The position numbers and the translations under genes were made by a program. The notes under the pieces were generated by a model that did not search any database, was not told the origin of the DNA, and worked only from the letters and a program-made list of their open reading frames with translations. Source: a virus (Duplodnaviria; Caudoviricetes). Taken from it: DNA of 57,173 bases. Every line of letters begins with the position of its first letter. Position 1 is the first letter of the stretch. The stretch is from IMG/VR virus record IMGVR_UViG_3300042879_000407, positions 1 to 57,173 of that record; one strand, written 5' to 3'. Positions 28,201 to 37,909 of this stretch are shown in pieces.

Positions 28201-30887
28201 CCTTCGGCCGTGCTTTGTTCAACGACGAAGTGTTCAAGGTATGGATGCGGGATACAACCGCAGACCCCGCCATCGTCAAAGATCTTGAGGAATTCCAGAA
28301 GGCAGAGTACGACGACATTCGGAATGCCCTGCCTAGCCTGCGAGCCAAGATCGTTGGATCCAAAGACGCCAAGCAGCAACAGTCGTTTGCTATTCAGAAA
28401 GCAGTACGTGATCTGTTCTTGTTTGACTTGCAGTCTCGCAACTCGGACTACTACGCCAAGAGAACAATCCTCGGATCGTATGTTCCGTTTACCCGCCGTG
28501 GTACTGAGCAAGTCAAACTCGTTGCCTACGACAAGAACGGAAACCCGATCAAGTTGGATGAGACCATCCGCGCTACTCTGCCGTACTTCCAGTTTGAGGA
28601 CAGAGCAGAGGCGCTGCAGGCTGCGGAGGACGTTGACAAGATTCTTGGCGGCGACCGTGAATGGACTATGCTGGATGACGATGGGGCAGAAGTCACTGTA
28701 TTCCTGCGTCCTGAAGTAGACCGTGTACGGCAAACTCCGGATCTCACCGAAGCCGTGAACTTTAACGAGTTCGTGTACGTGCTGAACCGGTTGAACATCA
28801 ACCTCACGCCAGAGGTGCGAGAGAAAATCGTTACGACTCTCACGGCACAAAACGCCAGAGCGCGTAAGAACTTGATGCGATCCGGTACGGAAGGTTGGGA
28901 TAAAGATGTTATCCGTTCTGTGTCGGAGTTCTTGGAAACAACTGCACACGTATCGGCAAAGAAACTGTATCGCCATCGTATTGATGACGTGATGCTGCGT
29001 GAGTCGTACTGGAAGGGAGATCGCAATCTTCTCAATAGTCTGAAGCAGGCTGTCGATAACGCCCAGACCGATGGCGAGCGAGCAAGAGCGCAGCGAGCGT
29101 ATGACGAATACGCTTACATGTATAAGTACATGGCTCCCACCGGGCGCGGACGCACGGTGCAAATCGCTGGTAAGGAAGAACCCACGTTGGGCCGTGGCGA
29201 AGATGCTAGGGAAGAAGCCAAGCAAGTCCTGCGTTGGTATAGCGAAACCAGCAACATCACCGATAGCACTGAAGATATGCTCTCGGGTGAGACCGGCTCG
29301 CGGCTTAAGATGTTGACGGTACTCATGCAGTTGGGTGGCTCGGTAGCCACTGCCGTCATTAACCTTGCCTCGCTTGCTACCCACAGCCTGCCTTATCTTT
29401 CCTACTACAACCCCAAGACTGGTGTGGGTGGTGGGTACGGAGAAGCAAAAGCATCTTCTGCTTTGTGGGCAGCGGCACGGGATCTTAAGAACCCGAACTT
29501 GTCTGAGGCGGAGTTCCTGCAGAAGATCCTCAACGACAACACGTATGCCGACTATGGTCTTACCGAGGACGAGGCTGAGTTCTTGTTCGACCAGACGGAG
29601 CAAGGCACCCTGCAGGCCGCGCAGTTCAATGCGCTTGTGGGTACAGCACGCGGTAAGGTGTTCTCCAACCGTGCGGCAGCGGCAATCAAGTTGTGGATGA
29701 GCATGTTCTCTTACACGGAACAGATGAACCGCCGTGCAACGGCACTGGCTGCATACCGCCTTGAGAAAGAACGTGCTGTCGCGCAAGGGATGTCACAACA
29801 AGTTGCTATAAAAGAAGCAACCGAGGCTGCCCGTACTGCGGTCAACACATCTCAGGGTGAATACGCAATGTTTAACCGCCCCGAGATGGCTCGCGGCAAC
29901 GTGCTGCAGTACGTGTTTATGTACAAACAGTTCGTGATCATCACGGTGCAGTTGCTTCGGGCTATGCCTAAGAAAGGCCAAGCCATGATGCTTGGCTTCC
30001 TGTTGCTAACTTCTGGCTTGAAGGGCTTGCCGTTCGCGGAAGATATCTTCGACATTATCGACACCATCATGCAGAAGTTGGGGCTTACCACCGCGAGCAT
30101 CGAAAAGGAAATGTCCGAGTGGATTGATGCTGTGGCTCCGGGGCTTACTCCGGTCGCCATGCGCGGCATACTTGATCAGATGACGGGGGCCACACTGTCC
30201 AGCCGCTTGGGTATGGGCGATCTGGTTCCTCTCACCGGAGCATTCCGCGCAGGCGCGTCTCCTATACGGGAGTTGGAGAACTTCGCTGGCCCTGTGGTCG
30301 GTGGTGTCAGTGGCCTTGTGGGTATGGCTGGTAACCTCACGCAGTACGGTGCGGAAGCAATTGGTCTCCGAGATGACACTACTTCGATGGAGTCCATCCT
30401 GCGAGAGTCTCCGCTTGCATTCGTCCGTGCAGTAGGCGACGGCTCTGCGTATCTAAGCGACGGCAGGATTACCAACACGCGTGGCCAAGTGGTAAGTGAA
30501 GATGCGCCGATTACAACAACACTTGCTAGGTTCTTAGGATTTTATCCGGCGATTGCTTCGCAGCAAAACGACATCGTGCGCTTGTCCAAGTACGTGTCTG
30601 ACTACGCTAAGGATATTAAAGCGGAGTACACAAGTGCTTACGTCAAGGCGCGACTTGATGGTGATGCCGAGCGCATGAACCAGATCGTGGCAGATGTTAA
30701 CGAATGGAACGCCGACGCAGAAGGCACTGGCCTTGTGATATCAAACTTCCGCAAGTCAGCCGAACGCGCTGCCAAAGAAGCAGAACGTCCGACCGCTGCG
30801 AGGTTTATGAAGTCTGCGTCTAAGGCAGTACGCCCGGAGACTGCTCAGTTACTGGAGATCTACGGCATCCCGGTCGAAGAGTTATAA
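25221..30887 (+). CDS. Giant polyvalent ejection protein (zincin-like metallopeptidase motif, PLxRFG-like region)
   Basis: 1888 aa; AHETLGHFG...EEYMA; YVPFTRRG. Confidence 0.7.
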   Translation: MANSKVQACLINSTGITANDRKKIAALAKQYSTGDVTQDYILATTDMLTYLRDAKTAVEQAMANVKAGGDNVAVMPAEPTVEEDGTPKGEAAAAAKTAKIETEYGSAQEAWDDFAPDDVPWSALTTKEKEIWSEKVRANRVSQALAISIAGDARDRITNPDFPEGEEATDLTVLDALKDDISAAETAKDTKTFREAIQTVIFHAYFDTDSNSRKEITPLALEFLSRTDFSLSQIGEIDRIIVEQANGMESLEAVYTRGAAKGEYKPWFSYAMSRQLLPNIQTRLVGLPLDEAKQLVSDRLIKITQLPEETQKKVTKIASTEVPGAKGKITKDTLAQIVRTPQALLAQLIDDLITRNRTVRSLNQPVDNPDKAAERKSFPNVVELAKSLYGKLSEEGRNYIYRGKRLSEYFDDKGNPYILKSDGRYLIVPEAITPERQAEIEAQQKAAEQQDLADGIITSFDDAEEGNFIRADGVPLKEPMSLGRIRLLVNSFVNKLYAKPRIFIFRNREDLKAKNPDLYARAAAARRQGDFDTIEGMGYSFGPNVIIFTDFIRTEQQLKFVLAHETLGHFGFRAVLPKAELDRILNKIYDIDPNVRAAVDAAVEIRKMDKLEAIEEYMADYAADVDASILLRIWNALKDVLSKLTGIEFKDNDARYLVNLARKYVRRGDNGNILSATSIAQDLTALNDDAYSGRFAMKGVGDLASRAYSAGAMNRRYGPTGGLTGVVQAFKDKFLGAQQNVPGTVARILEQVQTLDNKARRSQGLSIIYNMLERQQQHARGLLSKYQRMTEYSHRPDFGTFGELTGVAGVTEEEKEKAGELLARAALYKAAQATDTAIKSYKSLVVIDPNTGEISIDPVVRAQLEKDGFVTAEEFRKGFDITYSNGEKINFRADVDENSDIWKIYVEMRQAVNEAAIDMMLSNYEASQVENNRIVNRLNDGRRSANVFSEDDLKAIRTAAQIYQDMRYKGSDVANAGVEVKKKAAAESEAFAIAFGRALFNDEVFKVWMRDTTADPAIVKDLEEFQKAEYDDIRNALPSLRAKIVGSKDAKQQQSFAIQKAVRDLFLFDLQSRNSDYYAKRTILGSYVPFTRRGTEQVKLVAYDKNGNPIKLDETIRATLPYFQFEDRAEALQAAEDVDKILGGDREWTMLDDDGAEVTVFLRPEVDRVRQTPDLTEAVNFNEFVYVLNRLNINLTPEVREKIVTTLTAQNARARKNLMRSGTEGWDKDVIRSVSEFLETTAHVSAKKLYRHRIDDVMLRESYWKGDRNLLNSLKQAVDNAQTDGERARAQRAYDEYAYMYKYMAPTGRGRTVQIAGKEEPTLGRGEDAREEAKQVLRWYSETSNITDSTEDMLSGETGSRLKMLTVLMQLGGSVATAVINLASLATHSLPYLSYYNPKTGVGGGYGEAKASSALWAAARDLKNPNLSEAEFLQKILNDNTYADYGLTEDEAEFLFDQTEQGTLQAAQFNALVGTARGKVFSNRAAAAIKLWMSMFSYTEQMNRRATALAAYRLEKERAVAQGMSQQVAIKEATEAARTAVNTSQGEYAMFNRPEMARGNVLQYVFMYKQFVIITVQLLRAMPKKGQAMMLGFLLLTSGLKGLPFAEDIFDIIDTIMQKLGLTTASIEKEMSEWIDAVAPGLTPVAMRGILDQMTGATLSSRLGMGDLVPLTGAFRAGASPIRELENFAGPVVGGVSGLVGMAGNLTQYGAEAIGLRDDTTSMESILRESPLAFVRAVGDGSAYLSDGRITNTRGQVVSEDAPITTTLARFLGFYPAIASQQNDIVRLSKYVSDYAKDIKAEYTSAYVKARLDGDAERMNQIVADVNEWNADAEGTGLVISNFRKSAERAAKEAERPTAARFMKSASKAVRPETAQLLEIYGIPVEEL

Positions 30888-33713
30888 CGCACGTAACTGA
30901 CCAAGGGCCAGATCCTCTGCGGTCTGGCTTTCCTTGTCCAAGATGCCATGCAATCTAGGGTGATTGAGATTGACGCCGACGACGTAAGTCTGCCCGAGTT
31001 TGATGGGCGAGTCCTTACCCAAGTACGCCTTCTGGGTCTTAGGGGTAGCGATCACGCTTTCGTCAGTAAGTTCTTGTATGAACGATTTGTAGTCCGCGCC
31101 ACGGGAAGCAAGCCATCGGCGGAAGTGCGCCCGGTCGAACATAACAGTACCGTGGTCGAAGTAATCCCCGGCGCTCTTGCGGTACAGATCGAACCTAACG
31201 ACCACGCCTGACCGGGGTAGCCGCGAGAAATCCACCGTTGGCTTCTGGTTAGTCTGATGGAAAACGGTAAGCGCCTTGTCTGCTGTGTCACTAAGATACT
31301 CAGCAATGATGTCAAAGGCGTCAGACTTCTGCTCTGCCACTGTTCTCCTTATTGCACCCACTTGCGCCAAGACCCATTCAATCCCATGGCGGTGGTCGAA
31401 TTTGATCAGTCCCCATTCACTGGCAAACCTACCGGCCAAGTCTGCAAGGATCAAAGCCTGTTCCCAGTAGCGTTCCTCACCTACGAACTTGCATGAGTAC
31501 CGCTTGTTGAATGTAGTCGTGGCTTCGGCTATCGCCGCTCGCACACCGTCTGGCCCCATAGCGATAAGGTTATGGATGAACACGCGACCGGCTGCGCCAT
31601 GGTTGGCCGCTAAGAACGTGTAGATCTTTCTGCCTGCCTCGCTGTCTGCAACAAACAAAGGACTAGGACGGACGCTAACCTCAAGCAGTCGAGCAAGTTG
31701 TGCGTCTGTATCCAAACCGGATGCAAGTAGTTTACTTGCCATTGACTTATTAGTAGACAGAGTTACTGGCATGGCGAACGTCTTGGCGTCTCGTTCTTCG
31801 GCGTTGCGGTTGAGCCTAGCCTTGTCGCGGCCCTGACTTACCCAGTACAGGAAGTCACCCACATCCTTGTCGGCCATCATCGTGGCCTCGTCAATCGTCA
31901 TAGGCATGTTGGAGTACAGACCCATGCGGCCGAACAAAGTGTTCTGTGTGTACTTGGCAGCGAAGTGCAACTTGTCGGGAGTACCCCAGATGGATTGCAT
32001 CCACAACTGAGCAAGCGTCTTGCCGCCACCGGTCGGGCCGTAGAGCGAAATGGTCAAGCCCTTCAGTCCACTGAATGCGTACAAAGGAGAGGAGAAACTT
32101 ACGCAAAGTGCAAACATATGGGTGGATAGTGTTGCCTTCTCCAGAAGCCTAGTGAACTCCACCCACTCTTCCAGTTTGCCAGCGGTAGCGTATAGGTCAT
32201 TACCAAGTTTGCTGGACACAGCGGCCAGTGTGGTCTTGTCCTCTTCAACGCTTCCGTCTGCAGCGCGGCGAATGATCGTGTCACCGATTACAAACTGGGA
32301 GAAGTTCTCCTTCCACCCCATGGTAGCGTACATGTTGGTCATGGTGCGGCGCTGCCGCAGTTCATCCATGTAGGCTCGTAACATATGTTGAAAGTATCCG
32401 GTTTGATGTTTGCCGTTAAGTACAATCCCTTGATCAGCAATCGCGCCGGGGAACTCCCGGCTGCCCTCGGCCAAGTACGCTTGTCTCAGTACAAGTTCTT
32501 GCCACCCGATATGGGGGCGCTTCCAGTGGTACCGCACAACTTCGTAGCCAAGTGATTCATCCCTACCATACGACACCGGATAGATATCGAACTTGCATAC
32601 ATCAATATCCGAATCGTCTATGGTCAACTTAATCCCATCAGCGGTACGCTTGTAGGGTTTCGGCACCGGCACATCCGTTGCCGCCGGGTCAATGGCGTCA
32701 GTCGAGACGGCGACCTCTTGGTATTGCACACCAAGTCGGGCGGGGCTACCGATCTTATCCTTAAACTTACAGCCCTTACATCCACCGGGGCGGTCGGAGT
32801 CGAACTTGGCGCAGGTCGTGGGGCCAGTAGTCACCCGCTTCCATTGGTGCAGTTTGCTAATGGTCTGAGCCGGGTCAAACTGCGGGTGGTTCTCGCTCCA
32901 TGCAATAGCGGTAGCGTCCGGGTCAGCGGTGTACGCCGCAATACCCAGCAAGTTGTACCACTGAGGCTCGCTCACCTCGCTCTGGTTCTTGATCGCCCAG
33001 CCTATCTGCTGGCACTTCGCAGCCACAATCGTTGCATTGGCGGGAGGAAACTCAGCCGCTACCTTCAGACTGTCTGATAACTTACTAACCCGTTTCGTAC
33101 TAGGGTGGCTCATTAAATGAGCCTGTAGTGCAGTCTGCACTACCTCTACTGTAGTTGGGGCAGAGTCAAGAAGTAGTGTGACCTCATTGCCATTCTTGGG
33201 GTTGTGCGTCCCTATTGGGCGCAGCACAAGGGCGCTGTTGGCAGTAAGCCCAGCGTCCACATCAAACCCATGCGCGGCCGTAGCGGCCTTCAGCGCCTCT
33301 GCCAGTGGCTTCCATTCATCCGGTGGCAGTTCACGATCCAATACCCAGTAGACATGCAGCCCGTTACCAGAATGCACGATCATGGGTTTAGGCAAGTCCG
33401 CATCCTTGACGAACTTACCTAATGCTTTGAGTCCCTCCTTCCATGAAGGGAACGGCTTACCTTCGCCACAGTCAACGTCGAGTACCAGTACCTTGGTAAG
33501 TTTTACGTTGTCCTGCTTGCGGCTACCTTTCTCCACGAAACTGGAGATTGCGAAATATGTGTTGTTGCCTCGTCGATCTGCGACGACGACGGCCTTGGCG
33601 AGTTCTTCTACAGTCGAAAAGAATCCCTGCTTGTTACCGTCAGGGTTAATGACAGTCGTAACAAAGAAACCTTCCGATGGTAGAACCCGCTGAAGAAAAT
33701 TCAACGTGTCCAT
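30882..33713 (-). CDS. Primase-helicase (AEP-type primase, Cys cluster, DUF927-like helicase)
   Basis: VLDVDCG, HSGNGLHVYW, TC..F.....GCKGC, YGPTGGGKT, TIDE. Confidence 0.85.
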   Translation of the reverse strand: MDTLNFLQRVLPSEGFFVTTVINPDGNKQGFFSTVEELAKAVVVADRRGNNTYFAISSFVEKGSRKQDNVKLTKVLVLDVDCGEGKPFPSWKEGLKALGKFVKDADLPKPMIVHSGNGLHVYWVLDRELPPDEWKPLAEALKAATAAHGFDVDAGLTANSALVLRPIGTHNPKNGNEVTLLLDSAPTTVEVVQTALQAHLMSHPSTKRVSKLSDSLKVAAEFPPANATIVAAKCQQIGWAIKNQSEVSEPQWYNLLGIAAYTADPDATAIAWSENHPQFDPAQTISKLHQWKRVTTGPTTCAKFDSDRPGGCKGCKFKDKIGSPARLGVQYQEVAVSTDAIDPAATDVPVPKPYKRTADGIKLTIDDSDIDVCKFDIYPVSYGRDESLGYEVVRYHWKRPHIGWQELVLRQAYLAEGSREFPGAIADQGIVLNGKHQTGYFQHMLRAYMDELRQRRTMTNMYATMGWKENFSQFVIGDTIIRRAADGSVEEDKTTLAAVSSKLGNDLYATAGKLEEWVEFTRLLEKATLSTHMFALCVSFSSPLYAFSGLKGLTISLYGPTGGGKTLAQLWMQSIWGTPDKLHFAAKYTQNTLFGRMGLYSNMPMTIDEATMMADKDVGDFLYWVSQGRDKARLNRNAEERDAKTFAMPVTLSTNKSMASKLLASGLDTDAQLARLLEVSVRPSPLFVADSEAGRKIYTFLAANHGAAGRVFIHNLIAMGPDGVRAAIAEATTTFNKRYSCKFVGEERYWEQALILADLAGRFASEWGLIKFDHRHGIEWVLAQVGAIRRTVAEQKSDAFDIIAEYLSDTADKALTVFHQTNQKPTVDFSRLPRSGVVVRFDLYRKSAGDYFDHGTVMFDRAHFRRWLASRGADYKSFIQELTDESVIATPKTQKAYLGKDSPIKLGQTYVVGVNLNHPRLHGILDKESQTAEDLALGQLRAL

Positions 33714-33728
33714 AGCGCCCCTGCTATA

Positions 33729-33750
33729 GCGGGGGGATTGCTCCCCCCGC
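33729..33750 (-). promoter_or_regulatory. 9-bp hairpin with GCAA loop just upstream of the primase RBS
   Basis: GCGGGGGGA-GCAA-TCCCCCCGC; no U tract. Confidence 0.6.
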
Positions 33751-33755
33751 CACCT

Positions 33756-34031
33756 TTAGCCTATCAATTGCTGTAGATGCTGCAGTCGTACCTTCTGATT
33801 AGCGGCGATCACTTCCGGGGTAGGCCAGTTGTGTTCCGTCATAACCCACAGTAACTGTTTTAGAACGCGTCTGACAGTAGCATCGTTAGTGGCCCTAAGT
33901 TTCTTACCCCTAGTCCAGCCATAGTACGTCATCCGCGAAACACGAAACAGCGTGGCCATATCAGAAGTAGATAGCAACATATGTTTACGCAGCATCTCTA
34001 CCTTACTGAAGTCCAGCGGTGTATTAGTCAT
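33756..34031 (-). CDS. Cro/XRE-like HTH DNA-binding protein
   Basis: LSTSDMATLFRVSRMTYYGWTRG; start corrected to MTNT. Confidence 0.75.
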   Translation of the reverse strand: MTNTPLDFSKVEMLRKHMLLSTSDMATLFRVSRMTYYGWTRGKKLRATNDATVRRVLKQLLWVMTEHNWPTPEVIAANQKVRLQHLQQLIG

Positions 34032-34980
34032 CCGCTGCCTCACCCACAAGGGCAGCAATCTCATCAGCCAAGGAACTAGCCGCCTGTGGTGCCGACGCAA
34101 CTGCCGCTGGAGCAGTAGACTTCTTTACCGAAGGGGCGGATTTAGATGCACCGAAACCACGCTTTGGGGCAGCAGCCGGGGTAGCAGGGGCGACTGGTTC
34201 CTCGACAGGGGGAGCCTTAACAACGGGTTTCGGAGCAGACTGGGGGGCGATCTGCGGCACAGCCACAGGTGTACGGGGGTTCTCGCCGGTAATCTCTTTG
34301 ACCTTGGCAGTACCGAACAGGTCATCCACCACGGCTTGCACTTCAGGCTCCAAGAACCCGCCAAACCCGAACTTCAGTTTCGGGAAGGACGCATCCGTGT
34401 CAAACGACACCTTGGTCTTGACGATCTCGGGAGGAATGCCACGCACAGTAAGTTCTTTCTGGTACTGGTTCAGTCCCTTCAACGCCGCCGGGGTAACCTG
34501 CAGCAAGTACACCGGGCCGCTTGCATCCTCCGCAGCAACCACGGCAAGCCGCTTGTTATCCGAACAAGCCTTGATCTGCTGGCCAGTCGGAGTCACTTTG
34601 GAACCCCATGCGTTTTGCGGACACGACGCACAGAGATCATTCTGCGGGTCAGTAGACTGCGGGTCAGGGCCGATACCGTCCAGAGAGAAACAGTCTGGGG
34701 CAGACGGCTCTGAGTCCTTGCTCCACTGCTTGGCGTACCAAGTCTTGGACAGGCGGGGGTTGGCTCCAACGATCACCACATCCAACGTGGTCGAATCAAG
34801 CACGGTCTCAGTATCGCCATCGACAATACGGAAACGCGCACCCTTGATGCTGATACGCGGATAGGATTCCCCGCCGCTTCCAAGTCCACCGGTAAGGGAT
34901 TGGGCAAGGGCGGATGGCGCACCCATTCGGCTAGCGAGATGGGCAGGGACTTGAATGTTAACAGGAATGATATTGCTCAT
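34024..34980 (-). CDS. Conserved replication protein (possible ssDNA-binding protein)
   Basis: PDCFS, CASCPQN and KACS Cys motifs; Pro/Ala linker; acidic end. Confidence 0.5.
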   Translation of the reverse strand: MSNIIPVNIQVPAHLASRMGAPSALAQSLTGGLGSGGESYPRISIKGARFRIVDGDTETVLDSTTLDVVIVGANPRLSKTWYAKQWSKDSEPSAPDCFSLDGIGPDPQSTDPQNDLCASCPQNAWGSKVTPTGQQIKACSDNKRLAVVAAEDASGPVYLLQVTPAALKGLNQYQKELTVRGIPPEIVKTKVSFDTDASFPKLKFGFGGFLEPEVQAVVDDLFGTAKVKEITGENPRTPVAVPQIAPQSAPKPVVKAPPVEEPVAPATPAAAPKRGFGASKSAPSVKKSTAPAAVASAPQAASSLADEIAALVGEAADD

Positions 34981-34982
34981 AC

Positions 34983-35384
34983 TTACTCCACTCGGGCAAC
35001 AGGTTTACGAATGTTCACGTCAAGGCGGGTTCCATAGTTAACGCCCGGCGGAACGGTCTTGGTCTGCTCAATATATCCACGCACAGCGACCTTACTGATG
35101 CGCTTCTCAAACAAATCAAACGCTTCGTTCTCGCGGACAAACTGGAGAATTGCATCCCAGTCAGCCACGTTAGCGAAGTCAGTAGTGGTCAGGAAAGCAG
35201 TGCCGTGCTTGGTCTTGAAACTCGTAACACCTTGCACATCAGCCTGCTCTTTGATCCACGCTTCCAACTTGTCCATCTTCACCTTGATAACCGAAACCTT
35301 TTCTTTTGTCTCGGCTTCAATGGCGTCCTTCTGTCCGCGTAACTTCATGTACGCAGCGATTACATCGTCTACATTTACAGACAT
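34983..35384 (-). CDS. Hypothetical replication-module protein
   Basis: Coiled-coil N-terminus, PPGVN motif. Confidence 0.6.
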   Translation of the reverse strand: MSVNVDDVIAAYMKLRGQKDAIEAETKEKVSVIKVKMDKLEAWIKEQADVQGVTSFKTKHGTAFLTTTDFANVADWDAILQFVRENEAFDLFEKRISKVAVRGYIEQTKTVPPGVNYGTRLDVNIRKPVARVE

Positions 35385-35386
35385 GG

Positions 35387-36949
35387 TTACCTCTCAGTTT
35401 GCTCCTTGATCATATCCAGCAGTAAGCCTTGCAACTTCTGCTTGTTCTTCAACCTTTCATACATCTTATGTTCTAACTCGGTCGCCTCAATGTGTATTAC
35501 GTTTGACACGTAACGCTTACCAATACGCTCAATCCGACCGTTAGCCTGAACGTACTGTTCGTTCTGATTGATAGGGCCATACCAAATGATCGTCGATGCT
35601 GAAGTAAGCGTAAGCCCGTGCGCCATAGTGCCGGGATGCGCGATCAGCACATGCGGTTCTTTAGTATGTTGGAAGTTGTGGAAGATGATGTTTCGTTGAG
35701 ATGCGGATACTTCACCATTCACCACGCCAATAGGCCAGTGCTTCTCAAGTTCCCGCTTCAACATGTGCAGCGTACCGGTCAGCGGCACGAACACAATCAC
35801 CTTCTCACCCGCTTCCTCTATCAACTCTTTGACCAAGTTTACACGCGGTGACGCGTCGATTTCAAGGTTTTGTCCGTTGTCATCGTAGGCCACACCGCAG
35901 GCAATCTGCACAAGTTTCTGAACCTTCACGGCCTCATTGACTGCAGTGATGGTTCCCTGCTTGCGCTCTGCAGCCAGTTCCGTTACGAAATGTTTGAGCA
36001 TCTGTTGGTAGTGCTTCTTCTGTGCCGGTGTCAGTTCCACTGCCCGTGTCTGTATAACGGTATCCGGTAAGTCAAAGCACTCTTCTCTGGTGTACCGCAC
36101 AGCCGGTTGCAAAATATGCTTGACAGTTTCAATTGCATCTGGGCGCGGCACGTACTTCCACTGGCCTACCTTCATCATTACCTGATCACGGAAGTTAGTG
36201 AAAGTGTTAGTGCAGTAGGGGCTGTTGACTAATTTAGCCAGTGACCACGCATCGGTTGGTGCATTGGGTGTAGGTGTGCCAGTCATCAGCCACAAGCGTG
36301 TCGAAGGATTCAACTCCATCCACTTGCGGAACACTTTGAATCTGGTAGTGGATGGGTTACGCAGCACCGCCGCCTCGTCCACGATAACAAGATCAAACAT
36401 CCCAACACATGCTTGTGAAATGATTTGAAATCCGTCGTGGTTGATAATGTAGAAGTCGGCTTCTGTCTTCAGCAGTTTGCGCCTGCGCTCTGCAGTCCCG
36501 TGCAAAGTTACGAACCTGCGGTTGACTAGCCCGGTGAAGATGCCGTCGCCCCACACTCGTTCAAGCGTAGACAAAGGGGACAGAATGAGTACCTTCTTGA
36601 CCTTCTTTGTTTTGATCAAATAGTCCGCAGCCCACAAAGCCGATTGGGTTTTGCCAGTTCCGATCTCGTTAAGTACAAGCCCACGAGAGTTAAGGGTAAG
36701 GAACGCAGCAGTTTCTTTCTGGTGGTTGTATGGCTTGTGAGGGCCGGGCCAGTCGTAATAATGCAGGATAGGGGACGGCGCACGAATACCCAAGTTGTTG
36801 AGTATCTTCACCTCGTCCAATCGGTGCGGCGTTACAACTATATCAATACCCCGAATGTTATACGGCTTAGCCGTAGGTATGGTGCTAAGCACCCGCTCGG
36901 GGTTGTTTAGTTTTAAGGCTAGTGATCTAGCACTCTCGACAACAAGCAT
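35387..36949 (-). CDS. SNF2-like SF2 helicase
   Basis: EIGTGKT, VIVDEA, MTGTP, HGLTLT, QANGRIERIG. Confidence 0.9.
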   Translation of the reverse strand: MLVVESARSLALKLNNPERVLSTIPTAKPYNIRGIDIVVTPHRLDEVKILNNLGIRAPSPILHYYDWPGPHKPYNHQKETAAFLTLNSRGLVLNEIGTGKTQSALWAADYLIKTKKVKKVLILSPLSTLERVWGDGIFTGLVNRRFVTLHGTAERRRKLLKTEADFYIINHDGFQIISQACVGMFDLVIVDEAAVLRNPSTTRFKVFRKWMELNPSTRLWLMTGTPTPNAPTDAWSLAKLVNSPYCTNTFTNFRDQVMMKVGQWKYVPRPDAIETVKHILQPAVRYTREECFDLPDTVIQTRAVELTPAQKKHYQQMLKHFVTELAAERKQGTITAVNEAVKVQKLVQIACGVAYDDNGQNLEIDASPRVNLVKELIEEAGEKVIVFVPLTGTLHMLKRELEKHWPIGVVNGEVSASQRNIIFHNFQHTKEPHVLIAHPGTMAHGLTLTSASTIIWYGPINQNEQYVQANGRIERIGKRYVSNVIHIEATELEHKMYERLKNKQKLQGLLLDMIKEQTER

Positions 36950-37221
36950 CGTTCTACCTCTTTTATATCATCAATACTTCTTACCAAGAACCACAACCCA
37001 CCTGCGGCTTCAATCTCCTCGCCGCACTTCTTCTGTAATTCTGTAGGTTTCTTTTTCGGATCAGCCTTGCACTCAATACCAACGAACCTGCCACCGACAA
37101 TGGCAATGATGTCAGGGATACCCGACTTGCCGAATCCGTTATTGCCGGGGAAGAAGTACCAGATATCGTGCATCCTCAGTACCTCAACTACTTTACGTTT
37201 GATCTTACCTTCGGGTGTCAT
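36919..37221 (-). CDS. VRR-NUC endonuclease
   Basis: TPEGKIK, GIPDII, GIECKA, PTELQ. Confidence 0.85.
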   Translation of the reverse strand: MTPEGKIKRKVVEVLRMHDIWYFFPGNNGFGKSGIPDIIAIVGGRFVGIECKADPKKKPTELQKKCGEEIEAAGGLWFLVRSIDDIKEVERCLLSRVLDH

Positions 37222-37877
37222 AGCGCAGCGTAGTCACAGTCGTGTCGTGCAGGACAGAAGCGGCACAGTCCACTCGGTCGGGCTGGCCATACCCCATGCT
37301 CTGCAGAGTCATAGATGCGGCGAATCTTTTTCATTATGTCCGCCCACATGTCATTCGATTGGTCTCTTGTGTATTCCTCAGTATCCATCTGCAAGTGTTT
37401 CAGCCACACGAGACTGGTCTTGCACTTCTGTATATGTGGATAGTGTTTGAATACTTGACAAGCAAACATCTGCATCTGAAAGAAATCTGGGTTGCGCTTG
37501 CCGGTCTTCCAATCCATAACGTAGGCAGTATCGTTTCGCAATACCAGTACGTCCAACTTGCTACGCAACCATGCGTCGGGTTCCCACCATCCGGTTGGCT
37601 TTAACTCCTCCGTAAGTACCAGTTCCTTTTCGATATGAAGTTCTCCGCCATTGGAGATACATTCGACGGTTGTGCATAGTACCTCGTAGTGTGCAATGTC
37701 CTGCGGTAACTCGGCGCTCTCCTTAAGTCTGCACTCAAGATACTCGTGGATCCGCTCCCCATAGCGGCTTGCTTCACCACCATCATCCACAACATCCTTG
37801 GCGATACGTTGACGGTAATATCGTAGCGGACAATTCTCATATAATTTTATCGAAGAATATGAATGGCTCAGACGCAT
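37218..37877 (-). CDS. PD-(D/E)xK (Cas4/RecB-like) exonuclease
   Basis: SYSS...CP, KLDV, DWKTGK, CRFCP...C. Confidence 0.85.
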   Translation of the reverse strand: MRLSHSYSSIKLYENCPLRYYRQRIAKDVVDDGGEASRYGERIHEYLECRLKESAELPQDIAHYEVLCTTVECISNGGELHIEKELVLTEELKPTGWWEPDAWLRSKLDVLVLRNDTAYVMDWKTGKRNPDFFQMQMFACQVFKHYPHIQKCKTSLVWLKHLQMDTEEYTRDQSNDMWADIMKKIRRIYDSAEHGVWPARPSGLCRFCPARHDCDYAAL

Positions 37878-37886
37878 GTGGGTAGA

Positions 37887-37909
37887 ACCCGGAGGGGTTA
37901 CCTCCGGGT
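37887..37909 (-). promoter_or_regulatory. Hairpin with AGG-TAACC-CCT head, copy 1
   Basis: ACCCGGAGG-TAACC-CCTCCGGGT. Confidence 0.7.

Noticed and set aside
27681-29786. 701-aa antisense ORF
   Set aside because: Shadow of the giant gene's codon bias; no motifs or RBS
33756-34031. HTH protein as a CI repressor
   Set aside because: No S24 peptidase domain; it lies inside the replication operon rather than at a divergent switch
37218-37877. Cas4-like gene as part of a CRISPR system
   Set aside because: Ordinary phage PD-(D/E)xK exonuclease in a replication module; no cas genes or array
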